Source: Actinomycetota bacterium
GTDB lineage: Bacteria > Actinomycetota > Actinomycetes > JAKEEW01
Direction of reading: 5' to 3'
NCBI GenBank assembly: GCA_046735375.1
Contig: JBKPTD010000080.1
Span: 36,816-100,815 of the forward strand
Length of the DNA: 64,000 nucleotides
The position numbers and the translations under genes were made by a program. Below are positions 18,606 through 27,858 of this stretch, piece by piece (position 1 is the first letter of the stretch; each line of letters opens with the position of its first letter). Under the pieces are notes generated by a model. The model searched no databases, had not been told where the DNA came from, and saw only the letters and a list, made by a program, of their open reading frames with translations.

Positions 18606-19697
18606 GTCGTCCCGACGCCGTTTGGTACCAGCGGGCTGTTCGGAGGTGGAGAACGTTACCCGCTCGAGCTTGCCCGAGCCCTGGCGCGGTACGTGGACTG
18701 CATGCTGGTGACGTTCGGACCTTCGCCCCGGACCTGGCGGGAGCCGAACGGGCTGCGGATCCGGATGCTTCGCCGGTTGGGCCATGTCCGAGGACACCCG
18801 GTGCATCCGGTAGCACCGCAGCTGGCCTGGTCATTGGGCCACGCCGACCTCGTACATACTCATCACCTGCGGAGTGCGCCGAGCCGGATGGCGATGCTGA
18901 CAGCCGCGCTGACCGGGCAACACCGCGTAACCACCGATCACGGGCTTGGCGGGGGTGGGTGGGGTGGGCTCCTGCCCAGCCTGGTTGAGCGTTTCCTCAC
19001 CGTCTCGAGGTACTCCGCCCAGGTCCTCCACGCACCGCCAGCCCGGACCCGGGTCATCTACGGCGGCGCGGATCCGACGCGCTTCGTGCCCGAGCCGGAT
19101 GGGCAGCGCGACGGCGTTCTCTACCTCGGCCGGATCACGCCGCACAAGGGGATCGACCATCTGCTGCGAGCCCTGCCGCCGGGGGTACCGCTGCTTATCG
19201 CTGGCACGACCGGCCACAACCGTCGCCTGCCCGAACGTGACTATCCACAGCTGCTGCGACGGCTAGCCGCCGGATGCGACGTACGTTTCCTCGGCGCCGT
19301 CCCGGAGGCTGACGTGGCGGCGCTGTACCGTCGGGCGGCAGTGTTCGCACTGCCGACCGTCGAGCGAACCTGCTATGGAGCGCGAGTGCCGGTCACCGAG
19401 CTCCTGGGGCTCTCCGTGTTGGAGGCCATGGCGAGCGGTACGCCCGTGGTGGCAAGCCGAACGGGTGGACTGCCGGAGATCATCAGGGACGGCGAAACGG
19501 GGTTCCTCGTCACTCCTGGTGACGAGGACGAGCTCCGGGACCGCCTGCGCCAGCTGCTGGAAGACTCGGTGGTGGCTCGACGGATGGGTCAGGCCGCTCG
19601 CGCCCTCGTCATGGAGCGGTTTACCTGGACGAGGACGGCGGAACGTTGCCTTGCCGTCTATTCCGAGCTCGCTGGGTCGGGCAGCGCGGCGGCATAA
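18591..19697 (+). CDS. GT4-family (GT-B fold) glycosyltransferase
   Basis: VRVIHVVPTPFG..GGGERY N-terminus, GRITPHKGIDHLL, and LSVLEAMASGTPVVASRTGGLPEII. The start is taken as the GTG at 18591. Confidence 0.85.
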   Translation: MRVIHVVPTPFGTSGLFGGGERYPLELARALARYVDCMLVTFGPSPRTWREPNGLRIRMLRRLGHVRGHPVHPVAPQLAWSLGHADLVHTHHLRSAPSRMAMLTAALTGQHRVTTDHGLGGGGWGGLLPSLVERFLTVSRYSAQVLHAPPARTRVIYGGADPTRFVPEPDGQRDGVLYLGRITPHKGIDHLLRALPPGVPLLIAGTTGHNRRLPERDYPQLLRRLAAGCDVRFLGAVPEADVAALYRRAAVFALPTVERTCYGARVPVTELLGLSVLEAMASGTPVVASRTGGLPEIIRDGETGFLVTPGDEDELRDRLRQLLEDSVVARRMGQAARALVMERFTWTRTAERCLAVYSELAGSGSAAA

Positions 19698-20059
19698 CCG
19701 CCGAAGGCGACCGGGGACTCCCACACGCGCACGGCCAGGGTAAGGCCTGGCAACGGCCCTAGCAGTCGCGTCAGCCGGTCGTGGACCCACCGCGCGAAAA
19801 CCTCGACCGTCACAGCTTGCGCGCCCGTCTCCCGCGCAACGACCTGGTCGAGATCCCCGCCGTCGATGGAGTCGGCAATCTCCCGCAACCCGCCGTCGAG
19901 CGCATCGAGGTCAACGACCATGCCACGCTCGTCGAGGCCATCGCGGCGGGCCACGACATCCAGTCGGTAGTCGTGGGCGTGCCGCTCGCCTTCAGGTGGC
20001 GGCATATCGGGCATCACGTGAAATGCCCGCACCTCAATGGCCGTTCCTGTCTCATACAT
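19658..20059 (-). CDS. 6-pyruvoyl-tetrahydropterin synthase / QueD-like protein (COG0720-type)
   Basis: FH..PEGERHAHDYRLDV aligns with QueD [17 protein letters not shown]. The three zinc-binding His are retained, but the segment carrying the catalytic Cys is absent. Confidence 0.75.
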   Translation of the reverse strand: MYETGTAIEVRAFHVMPDMPPPEGERHAHDYRLDVVARRDGLDERGMVVDLDALDGGLREIADSIDGGDLDQVVARETGAQAVTVEVFARWVHDRLTRLLGPLPGLTLAVRVWESPVAFGGYAAALPDPASSE

Positions 20060-20067
20060 ATGGTCAC

Positions 20068-21066
20068 CTATTCATAACGCAGCGCAGCGTGGAGCAACCC
20101 CGGTTCGCCGCGGTCGACGGCCGCATAGGCGGCGGCCGCATCAGCGATCGGGAACTCGCTCGTGGCCAGGACATGCAGCGGCAGTTCCGCGAGCAGCCTG
20201 CGCGCGGTCGCCCTCCGGCGTCCTACGTCCCAGCGGCTGCCGAGCGCCGCGGGGATCGAGGACACCTGGCTGCTGCGGATCGTCAGGCGGCGGCGGTGGA
20301 ACTCTGCGCCCAGCGGCAGCGAGACCCGCTTGGTGCCGTACCAGGAGCCGACCAGCGCGGTCCCTTCATGCGCGAGCAGCGCCAGCCCCTCCTCCAGCGC
20401 CGCCGGGGCGCCGGACAGCTCCACCAGGATTGGCGTCCCGTGCCCGGCAGTCGCTTCGGCCACCACCCCGGGCAGGTGCTCGGGCGAGACGGCGGTGATG
20501 CCCAGCGCGTCCGCGATCTCCCGCCGCCACTCTTGGGGCTCCGCGGCGAGCACCAGAGCGCCGGTGTGGCGCAGTAACAGGGCGGTGAGCAGCCCGACCG
20601 CGCCGAGCCCAGTAACGACCACTGTCTCGTCAAGCACAGGGCCAGCATCGAGGGTCAGCTGGAGGGCGGTCTCTACCAGCGGGAACAGTGTCGCCAGTCG
20701 TGGGTCGGTGTGGGCACCGAGCATCACCGCGTCCCGGTCAGCGACGACAAACCGGTCCTGGTGTGGGTGGAAGGCGAACACCAGGGAACCAGCCGGGACC
20801 GTCGCCGTACCCTCCTCGACCCAGCCAACGCAGCTGTAGCCGTACTGAAACGGGTATTCGAAGGTGCCCGACAACCCAAGCAGGCTCTCGTCGAGGCTGG
20901 TGTCCGCGGCCAGCTCACCACGGTAGGCCAGCATCTCGGTGCCGGCGCTAAGGCCGGAGTACACGCTCCGCACCATCAGCTCGGTGGATGACGTGCGCTC
21001 TGGAAGATCGACCGACACGAGGTCGATCCGGCGAGGAGCGGTGAACTGCACGGCACGCGCGCGCAC
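20068..21066 (-). CDS. Zinc-type medium-chain alcohol dehydrogenase/reductase family protein
   Basis: MDR-fold N-terminus (VRARAVQFTAPRRIDLVSVDLPE) and Rossmann motif VVVTGLGAVGLL. AAGGAG lies 5 nt upstream of the GTG at 21066. The ORF track begins at 21123. Confidence 0.82.
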   Translation of the reverse strand: MRARAVQFTAPRRIDLVSVDLPERTSSTELMVRSVYSGLSAGTEMLAYRGELAADTSLDESLLGLSGTFEYPFQYGYSCVGWVEEGTATVPAGSLVFAFHPHQDRFVVADRDAVMLGAHTDPRLATLFPLVETALQLTLDAGPVLDETVVVTGLGAVGLLTALLLRHTGALVLAAEPQEWRREIADALGITAVSPEHLPGVVAEATAGHGTPILVELSGAPAALEEGLALLAHEGTALVGSWYGTKRVSLPLGAEFHRRRLTIRSSQVSSIPAALGSRWDVGRRRATARRLLAELPLHVLATSEFPIADAAAAYAAVDRGEPGLLHAALRYE

Positions 21067-21121
21067 GTCACTCCTTACCCGCCGTGTTTCCGTGGCGGCC
21101 ACGGTGTGGTAACCCAGGGCC

Positions 21122-21949
21122 ATGGTGCTTCCATCTGGCTATGGCGAGCCTACGCGGGCACCCGTCGAGGTCGGGTCCGTCCTGATCGCCACGGCGTACG
21201 GGGAGTTCCGCACCCGCGTGTTCGAGGCGGCCACCGTCTTGCTCGGTGATATTCGCCCGCGCGACGAGCGGCCGTACGTGCTGGTGAAGTACGCCCAAAC
21301 GATCGACGGTCGGATCGCGACCCGAACCGGTGACTCGAAATGGATCAGTGGGGAGACCGAGCGGCGAATCTCGCACGCCCTGCGGGCCGCCTGCGACGCG
21401 GTGCTCGTAGGCTCGGGCACAGTTCGGCAAGACGACCCGGAGCTCACCGTGCGGCTCGTCCCGGGCGCCAACCCGATTCGCGTCGTTCTCGACTCGACGC
21501 TCAGCATGGTGCCAACCGCCAAAGTGGCCGGCGACATTGCAACCACGGTGGTGTTCACCACATCCGCAGCTGATCCCACGCGGAAGGAACAGTTGCAGGC
21601 GGCCGGAGTCACGGTCCATGAGGTGACGCCCGGGCAGGAAGGTGTGGACCTGGCAGCCGTCCTCGCCCACCTGCGTCGGTCGGGCGTGAAGTCGCTCATG
21701 GTGGAGGGCGGCCGCCGCGTCATCACCTCGCTCCTCGCCGCCGGGCAGGTGGACCGACTGGTCGTGTCGATCTCCCCGACCGTCATCGGCACAGGGGTCG
21801 AGGCCGTGGGAGACCTGGGAATCGGCCTAGTCGCCGAAGGCGTACGGCTCACCAACCGCGCAGTTTGCCTCGCCGATGACGATGTGCTCCTGGGCTGGGA
21901 CGTCGAGCCGCGGACTCAATCGTCCGCCCCGCCTGATCGAGAACCATGA
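21122..21949 (+). CDS. RibD C-terminal-domain (DHFR-fold) pyrimidine/pterin reductase with an N-terminal GTP-cyclohydrolase-II-like fragment
   Basis: RPYVLVKYAQTIDGRIATRTGDSKWISG and LMVEGGRRV are RibD_C hallmarks. Residues about 10-45 (VLIATAYGEFRTRVFE..LLGDI) resemble the first strands of RibA. Confidence 0.75.
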   Translation: MVLPSGYGEPTRAPVEVGSVLIATAYGEFRTRVFEAATVLLGDIRPRDERPYVLVKYAQTIDGRIATRTGDSKWISGETERRISHALRAACDAVLVGSGTVRQDDPELTVRLVPGANPIRVVLDSTLSMVPTAKVAGDIATTVVFTTSAADPTRKEQLQAAGVTVHEVTPGQEGVDLAAVLAHLRRSGVKSLMVEGGRRVITSLLAAGQVDRLVVSISPTVIGTGVEAVGDLGIGLVAEGVRLTNRAVCLADDDVLLGWDVEPRTQSSAPPDREP

Positions 21950-22021
21950 CGTCCACCGCCACCCGCGGCGAACGGAGTGCACGAACCAGCGCGTCGGCGC
22001 CGTCCTGGACCACTTGGTCCT

Positions 22022-22150
22022 TTAGGTTGCGCGCACCGGCTGCCGCAGGATCGTTCGCATCTTGGCCGGATCGGTCTCCCGGACATTGGACAGGTAGAGC
22101 TCATGGTGCCGACCGTTGGCTACCAGCCCGCGCACATGCATAAAGCGATC
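22022..22150 (-). pseudogene. C-terminal remnant of a GyrI-like (effector-binding) domain gene
   Basis: The short open frame ..FMHVRGLVANGRHHELYLSNVRETDPAKMRTILRQPVRAT* resembles the end of GyrI-like domains (..HEIYLSDP....RTE/IL..PV). The frame is closed by a TGA at 22190-22192, so no full domain is present. Confidence 0.4.
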
Positions 22151-22368
22151 GATTCGGGGCACTCGCCGGCGCCCCCGGCTGGTCTGAGGTCAGGCGTATG
22201 AACAGACGAACAGGGCCAACGCCCATCTGACGAGTCGATTAGAGCTACTTCGCCCGGTCTTGTTCCTCCGTTAGCCGTGTTCCTCTGTTCGCTCACGTCG
22301 GGTGGCACAGGAATCGTGCTGACCGAGGAACGGATGCGAAGCGTCGAGCGGATCGGAAGGGAGGAGCG

Positions 22369-23088
22369 CTACCCCTGTGGCTGCTGCGCAGGCGTCATGA
22401 TCTGCTCGAGTGCCGGGCCGACGAGTCGCCGGAACTTCCGCAGTGGCCGGGTCCGGTCGAGGACAGCCACCTCGAGCTGATTCGCCTCGAGCTGTCGCTG
22501 CGGGCTTCCCGGCTGCCCGCCGTGGGTGCTGAGGACGTCGACGGCCAGCCGCAGCATGTCACCGAGCGGCTGCCCATCGGAATAGTGCTCCTCGAGAGCA
22601 GTGGAGATCTGCTCGGCCTGGCCTCCCATAGCGACGAAGCCGTGCTCGTCAGACACTGAGCCGTCGTAGGTGAGCCGGTAGATCTGATCGCTTTCTGCCT
22701 CGTCGCCGACCTCGGCGACGACAATCTCGACCTCGAAGGGTTTACTGCTCTCGGTAAAGATGGTGCCGAGGGTCTGTGCGTATGCATTGGCCAGCCCCCT
22801 GCCCGTCACGTCCCGCCGGTCGTAGAGGTAGCCGCGAGTGTCGGCCAGCCTGATGCCTGCCTGCCTGAGATTCTCGAACTCGTTGTATTTGCCGACCGCG
22901 GCGAAGGCGATCCGGTCATAGATCTCGCTGATCTTGTGCAGCGCGCGGGAGAGGTTCTCGGCGACGAAGAGGACCCCGTCAACGTACTGGAGGACGACAA
23001 CGCTGCGGCCCCGCGCAATGCCCTTGCGCGCATACTCCGCCTTGTCCTTCATCACCTGTTCTTGCGGGACGTAGAACGGCGTCGTCAT
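22369..23088 (-). CDS. prcA: 20S proteasome alpha subunit
   Basis: [29 protein letters not shown] matches the actinobacterial PrcA N-terminus. It lies directly downstream of prcB. Confidence 0.95.
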   Translation of the reverse strand: MTTPFYVPQEQVMKDKAEYARKGIARGRSVVVLQYVDGVLFVAENLSRALHKISEIYDRIAFAAVGKYNEFENLRQAGIRLADTRGYLYDRRDVTGRGLANAYAQTLGTIFTESSKPFEVEIVVAEVGDEAESDQIYRLTYDGSVSDEHGFVAMGGQAEQISTALEEHYSDGQPLGDMLRLAVDVLSTHGGQPGSPQRQLEANQLEVAVLDRTRPLRKFRRLVGPALEQIMTPAQQPQG

Positions 23089-23125
23089 CGAGTGTCCCCC
23101 TCAGCTGGGCTCGAGTGAGTGTGCA

Positions 23126-23962
23126 TCACCGCAGGGGCGCCTGTGGCCCGTTCGGGTGGGCCATCCGGCCGGCTATGACAGCGTCCACGATGGCTCCGAC
23201 CTCGTCATCGGGCATCCGGCGGAAGCCGGCTGCCGTCACCGCCGACACGACCGGGTAGATTCGCCGGCTCAGGTCCGGTCCCCCGGTGGCGGAGTCGTCG
23301 TCGGCCGCGTCGTAAAGCGCCTGCACGCAGGCGGTCACCGCATCGACTTCCTGCAAGTCATCGCGGAACAGTTTCTTGAGTGCGCCACGGGCGAAGGGTG
23401 AGCCTGATCCCACCGAGTGGAAGGCGTGCTCCTCGTAGCGGCCGCCGGTGATGTCGTAGCTGAAGATCCGGCCCTCGCCGGTCTCCAGGTCGTAGCCGGC
23501 GAACAGGGGCACCACCGCGAGACCTTGTATGGCCATGGCGAGGTTGCCGCGAATCATCATGGCGAGCCGGTTGGCCTTGCCGTCCAGTGAGAGGACGGTG
23601 CCCTCGATCTTCTCGTAGTGTTCGAGCTCAACCTGGAACAGGCGAACCAACTCCACCGCGACCCCGGCGGCTCCGGCAATGCCGACGCAGGAGTATTCGT
23701 CAGCTGGATAGACCTTTTCGATGTCGCGTTGGGCAATGACATTGCCCATGGTTGCCCGCCGGTCACCCGCCATGACAACACCGCCCGGGAAGGTGACAGC
23801 CACGATGGTGGTGCCGTGCGGCGCTTCGATCTGCTCGCTCGGCGGGGTGCGGCGTCCTGGTAGCAGGTCAGGGGCGTAGGAGCCCAAGAAGTCCGAGAAC
23901 GACGGCGTTCCCGGTGTCATGAACGCCGCCGGCAGCCGCCCCGCGCCATCCGCACTCGTCAC
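23126..23962 (-). CDS. prcB: 20S proteasome beta subunit (with propeptide)
   Basis: A propeptide is followed by the HG|TTIVAV processing site, which supplies the catalytic Thr1. Confidence 0.95.
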   Translation of the reverse strand: MTSADGAGRLPAAFMTPGTPSFSDFLGSYAPDLLPGRRTPPSEQIEAPHGTTIVAVTFPGGVVMAGDRRATMGNVIAQRDIEKVYPADEYSCVGIAGAAGVAVELVRLFQVELEHYEKIEGTVLSLDGKANRLAMMIRGNLAMAIQGLAVVPLFAGYDLETGEGRIFSYDITGGRYEEHAFHSVGSGSPFARGALKKLFRDDLQEVDAVTACVQALYDAADDDSATGGPDLSRRIYPVVSAVTAAGFRRMPDDEVGAIVDAVIAGRMAHPNGPQAPLR

Positions 23963-24122
23963 GCCGCACCCTCCAGATAAGCCGCTCTCAGGCCTGTCGG
24001 CACCTGCCGAAGCCCGCCGGCGGTCTCCTCATCCGTGAACCAAAAGAACGCCTCGAACCTTACCCGTCTCGTGATCGTGATCCTGCCCCGCGCGGTCGCC
24101 AGGTCTGCGGTGACTCCGCGGG

Positions 24123-24335
24123 CTACTCGCCGCCCTTTTGGACGAATCCGCGGACGAACTCCTCAGCATTCTCCTCAAGCACCTCGTCTATCTCGTCCAG
24201 AATCGAGTCGACGTCGTCTGAGATCTTTTCTTGCCGTTCCTTGACGTCGGCAGCAGCCTCGGCCTCAGCCTCGTCGACCTCGTCGGACCGCTGGGTCGCG
24301 CGCTTCTGCCCGCCGGTGTCTTTGGTGGCCATCAC
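24123..24335 (-). CDS. pup: Prokaryotic ubiquitin-like protein Pup (C-terminal GGE form)
   Basis: Acidic protein of about 70 aa ending ..FVRGFVQKGGE. It sits between dop and prcB. Confidence 0.95.
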   Translation of the reverse strand: MMATKDTGGQKRATQRSDEVDEAEAEAAADVKERQEKISDDVDSILDEIDEVLEENAEEFVRGFVQKGGE

Positions 24336-24514
24336 CAGCCTCCTCTAGGTCCGAGGGGTCGTCCCCTGTCCGGATATCCGGATGCCTCGACCCTACAAGG
24401 CAGACCGGACATCTTGCCTGTGATCATTACCCGCCGACCCCAGCCACGACACGGCGGGGTGAGGTGAATCGCCACGTCATGCCATGGGGAGTGGGCCGGA
24501 GTCTGCGCCGGTCC

Positions 24515-26026
24515 TCAGCCGCCGGTCAGTGCGGTGACAAGCTCGGTGGCGGTCTTGCACCGATTAAGCAGGTCGCCCACGTGTGCCTTGGTCCCTCGCA
24601 GCGGCTCCATCGTAGGGACACGTTGCAGCGAGTCGTACCCCGGCAGATCAAAGATCACTGAATCCCAGGAGGCAGCGGCGACCTCGTCGGCGTAGCGCGC
24701 AAGACAGTTGCCCCGGAAGTAGGCACGGGTGTCCTCCGGAGGTTCGTGGACGGCCTTGTCCACCCGCGGCGGATCGATGAGCCGCTGTATCCGGTCGCGG
24801 TCGGCCAGCCGGTTGTACAGCCCTTTGTCGCTGCGTACGTCGGCGTATTGCAGGTCGACGAGGTGCAGCCGCGGTGCGTCCCAGTCCAGGCCGTCCCGGC
24901 TGCGATAGCCCTCCAGGATGGACAGCTTCGCTACCCAGTCCAGCTCCGCGGACAGGCTCATGGGGTCGTGCTCGAGTCGGGTCAGCACGGATTCCCATCG
25001 GTCGAGGACATCGGCCGTCACGTCGTCGACGTCCGTCCCGAATCGGTCCTCTACGTACTTGCGCGCCTGCTCGAGATATTCCATCTGGAGCTGCACGGCG
25101 GTGAGCTTGCGGCCCGAGCGCAGGGGCACAACCGCCTGCAGGGTCGGATCGTGGGACACCGCATGCAGGGCACGGACCGGGTTCTCGACCGAGAGGTCGA
25201 TCGAGATGAAGCGCTCCTCGATCATCGCGAGAACCAGCGCAGTCGTGCCCAGCTTGAGGTAGGTCGAGATCTCCGACAAGTTGGCATCGCCGATGATCAC
25301 GTGCAGGCGGCGATATTTCTCCGCGTCGGCGTGGGGCTCGTCGCGGGTATTGATGATCGGCCGCTTGAGCGTGGTCTCCAGCCCGACCTCGACCTCGAAG
25401 AAGTCGGCACGCTGGCTGATTTGGAAACCGTGCTCCCGGCCGTCCTGGCCCAGTCCGACCCGCCCAGCGCCGGCTATCACCTGCCGGCAGACGAAGAACG
25501 GCGTCAGGTTGCGCACGATGTCGGCGAATGGCGTTGCCCTCGCCATCAGGTAGTTCTCGTGGCACCCGTAAGAAGCGCCCTTGTTGTCGGTGTTGTTCTT
25601 GTAAAGCTGGATCGGCTGGGCACCGGGGATGGAAGCGGCATGGTAGGCCGCGATCTCCATGATCCGCTCACCGGCCTTGTCCCAGATGACCGCGTCTCGC
25701 GGATTGGTGCATTCCGGAGTCGAATACTCCGGATGCGCATGGTCGACATAGAGCCGGGCACCATTGGTCAGAATCACGTTTGCCAGGCCGACGTCCTCGT
25801 CGGTGAGCTGACTGGCGTCGGCGAGCTCCCTGGCAAGGTCGAAGCCCCGCGCGTCACGCAGCGGATTCTCTTCCTCGAAATCCCAGCGCGCACGCCGAGT
25901 CCGCGCGGTCACTGCCGCGTAGGCATTCACCACCTGGGATGAGGTGAGCATGGCATTTGCCGACGGGTGGCCGGGTACGGCGATGCCGTACTCGGTCTCG
26001 GTCCCCATCACCCGCCATACAGTCAT
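24515..26026 (-). CDS. dop: Pup deamidase/depupylase Dop
   Basis: [11 protein letters not shown]-terminus and paralogy to pafA. It is immediately upstream of pup. The start is taken at [10 protein letters not shown]. Confidence 0.9.
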   Translation of the reverse strand: MTVWRVMGTETEYGIAVPGHPSANAMLTSSQVVNAYAAVTARTRRARWDFEEENPLRDARGFDLARELADASQLTDEDVGLANVILTNGARLYVDHAHPEYSTPECTNPRDAVIWDKAGERIMEIAAYHAASIPGAQPIQLYKNNTDNKGASYGCHENYLMARATPFADIVRNLTPFFVCRQVIAGAGRVGLGQDGREHGFQISQRADFFEVEVGLETTLKRPIINTRDEPHADAEKYRRLHVIIGDANLSEISTYLKLGTTALVLAMIEERFISIDLSVENPVRALHAVSHDPTLQAVVPLRSGRKLTAVQLQMEYLEQARKYVEDRFGTDVDDVTADVLDRWESVLTRLEHDPMSLSAELDWVAKLSILEGYRSRDGLDWDAPRLHLVDLQYADVRSDKGLYNRLADRDRIQRLIDPPRVDKAVHEPPEDTRAYFRGNCLARYADEVAAASWDSVIFDLPGYDSLQRVPTMEPLRGTKAHVGDLLNRCKTATELVTALTGG

Positions 26027-26265
26027 GTCCGCTCCTCGCCGCGCGCTCACGAGGCTGCCGCCGGGCCGCGTAACCCCTCATTCCGGGCGCCGCCGGCGAC
26101 TTGGCCTCGTTCGAGCCTAGTTCCTGATGGGGACAAGGGGAGCCTTCATGGGTGCCCATATCCGGAATCGTGACGCCTGCGGCTAGTCTCCGCCGCCGAT
26201 GGTTATCGGCGAGGAAGAAGGGGAATGCGCGCTCCGCCGCCGCAAACAGGGCCAAGGAGTCGATC

Positions 26266-27012
26266 ATGGAACTGGAGATCGTCAATCCGCAGCCGAAGTT
26301 TCCACCGGTCACGCTGATCGACCCTGCACCGTACGGCTACGTCCAGCTGTCTGCGATGGTGGATCCGCCCAGAGGGCGCGTCCCCTTTCCGGGCCGGAGC
26401 TCCCAGAAGACGGCCCTGCTCACCCACCTAGCGAGGTTGAGCCGGCAACTCGAGGGCCTCGAGGCGGTCGAGAAGGCCACCGTCTATCGCGCCATCGTGA
26501 CTCCTCCTCCCAGCGGATACGCCAAGGAGCACGCACGTCGTCCCGCCCGCTACGACGTCGTCGTGCTCGTCGAAACAAACTCGCCTGATGCCATCGGTGA
26601 GGCGGAGGGCGCAGAGCCGTACACGCTTCTGCGGCAAGCACTCGAGTCCGAGGCCGAGGAGCTGCACGTCATGACCGCAAGGTGCGTCAAGCGGATGGGG
26701 GATGTGGACAAGACCACGGACGGCTTGTTCCTCTTCAATTACTTCGTGGCCGAAGACTCGGAGGTCGCCCTCGAGCTGTGGGACTACCTCGCTGGCTGGT
26801 ACTCGGTTGAGACGGGCCTGGACAACTCAACCTTGCTCGAGCCGATCAACAAGGACGATTACGCGTTCATCAACCACGCCCGCTGGGAGTACGGCGCTCC
26901 GCGATTTGCCTTTCACCAGTTCAGCAAGCCGAGCTTCCGCAGCTATGTGCTCGCCAACCTCGAGACCAACAAGACCGGCTCCATGCCCATCCTCTACCGG
27001 CTCGCGCGCTGA
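26266..27012 (+). CDS. Hypothetical protein (248 aa), no family recognised
   Basis: AAGGAG lies 6 nt upstream of the ATG at 26266, and GC3 is coding-type. No motif was recognised by eye. Confidence 0.65.
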   Translation: MELEIVNPQPKFPPVTLIDPAPYGYVQLSAMVDPPRGRVPFPGRSSQKTALLTHLARLSRQLEGLEAVEKATVYRAIVTPPPSGYAKEHARRPARYDVVVLVETNSPDAIGEAEGAEPYTLLRQALESEAEELHVMTARCVKRMGDVDKTTDGLFLFNYFVAEDSEVALELWDYLAGWYSVETGLDNSTLLEPINKDDYAFINHARWEYGAPRFAFHQFSKPSFRSYVLANLETNKTGSMPILYRLAR

Positions 27013-27027
27013 CGACCCCGTGTCTGG

Positions 27028-27801
27028 TCAGGACCCGTCGGATCCAGCCGGACGAAATGCCTCTTCGGCGACGACATCGCGAAAGCGCTGCTCCCCCAGG
27101 CCTCGGATGAGGGGCGCGGTCTGGCTCTGCTGATGGAGGAGCGCGCGAACCTTCCGGGAGAGAAGGTCGCCCGCAACGGACAGATAGACCGACAGGTCGG
27201 CGGGCGAGGTCACCGGCAGGTCACCGTCATCCATCATTACCGCGAAGTCGTCGAGAGACTGGCGCAGGACGGCCGCGTGCGCCGGCGTGTTGGTCGCAAA
27301 GTGGAGCACAGCTGGGGAGAGCCGGCCACGGCTTACCGCCGCGGTTGTCCAGCGGCTCACCGCCTTGTGGTCGACGTGTCCCGTCATGCCATCGGGGCCG
27401 AAGGTCAAGACAGTATCCGGGCGAACCTCCTCCATGATCTCGGCAAGTCGGCCCGCCGCCTCGTCCTCGTTCACCTCACCGCAGCCACCGTCCGGGTAGT
27501 CCAGCCAGATGTGCTCGCGTACGCCAAGCTCGCCCAGCGCAGCAGCCAGTTCCTCGGTGCGGACGGCGGCAAGTGGCGCACCCGGCGGCCAACGCTGCGG
27601 GTCAGGCGAGCCCAGCTCCCCTCGGGTGGCTGTCACGCAGACAACCCGGCTACCCAGAGCGACCGTGCGGGCCATGAGCGCTCCGGCGAGATATGTCTCA
27701 TCGTCGGGATGTGCCCATATCGACAGGATCGTGCCAAGCGGGTCCACCTGCCAATCATGGCCTCCGCATGTGGGGCAGTGACAGCTCCGGAGTACCAACA
27801 C
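27028..27801 (-). CDS. PIG-L/LmbE-family N-acetylglucosaminyl deacetylase
   Basis: AHPDDE zinc motif, ..TATRGE.. and HVDH. The exact start is uncertain. Confidence 0.85.
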   Translation of the reverse strand: MLVLRSCHCPTCGGHDWQVDPLGTILSIWAHPDDETYLAGALMARTVALGSRVVCVTATRGELGSPDPQRWPPGAPLAAVRTEELAAALGELGVREHIWLDYPDGGCGEVNEDEAAGRLAEIMEEVRPDTVLTFGPDGMTGHVDHKAVSRWTTAAVSRGRLSPAVLHFATNTPAHAAVLRQSLDDFAVMMDDGDLPVTSPADLSVYLSVAGDLLSRKVRALLHQQSQTAPLIRGLGEQRFRDVVAEEAFRPAGSDGS

Positions 27802-27858
27802 GTGGAAGCGCCGCGCCCTCGGTGATCCGGAGGGCGCGGCGCCTGGACGAACGCTCTG

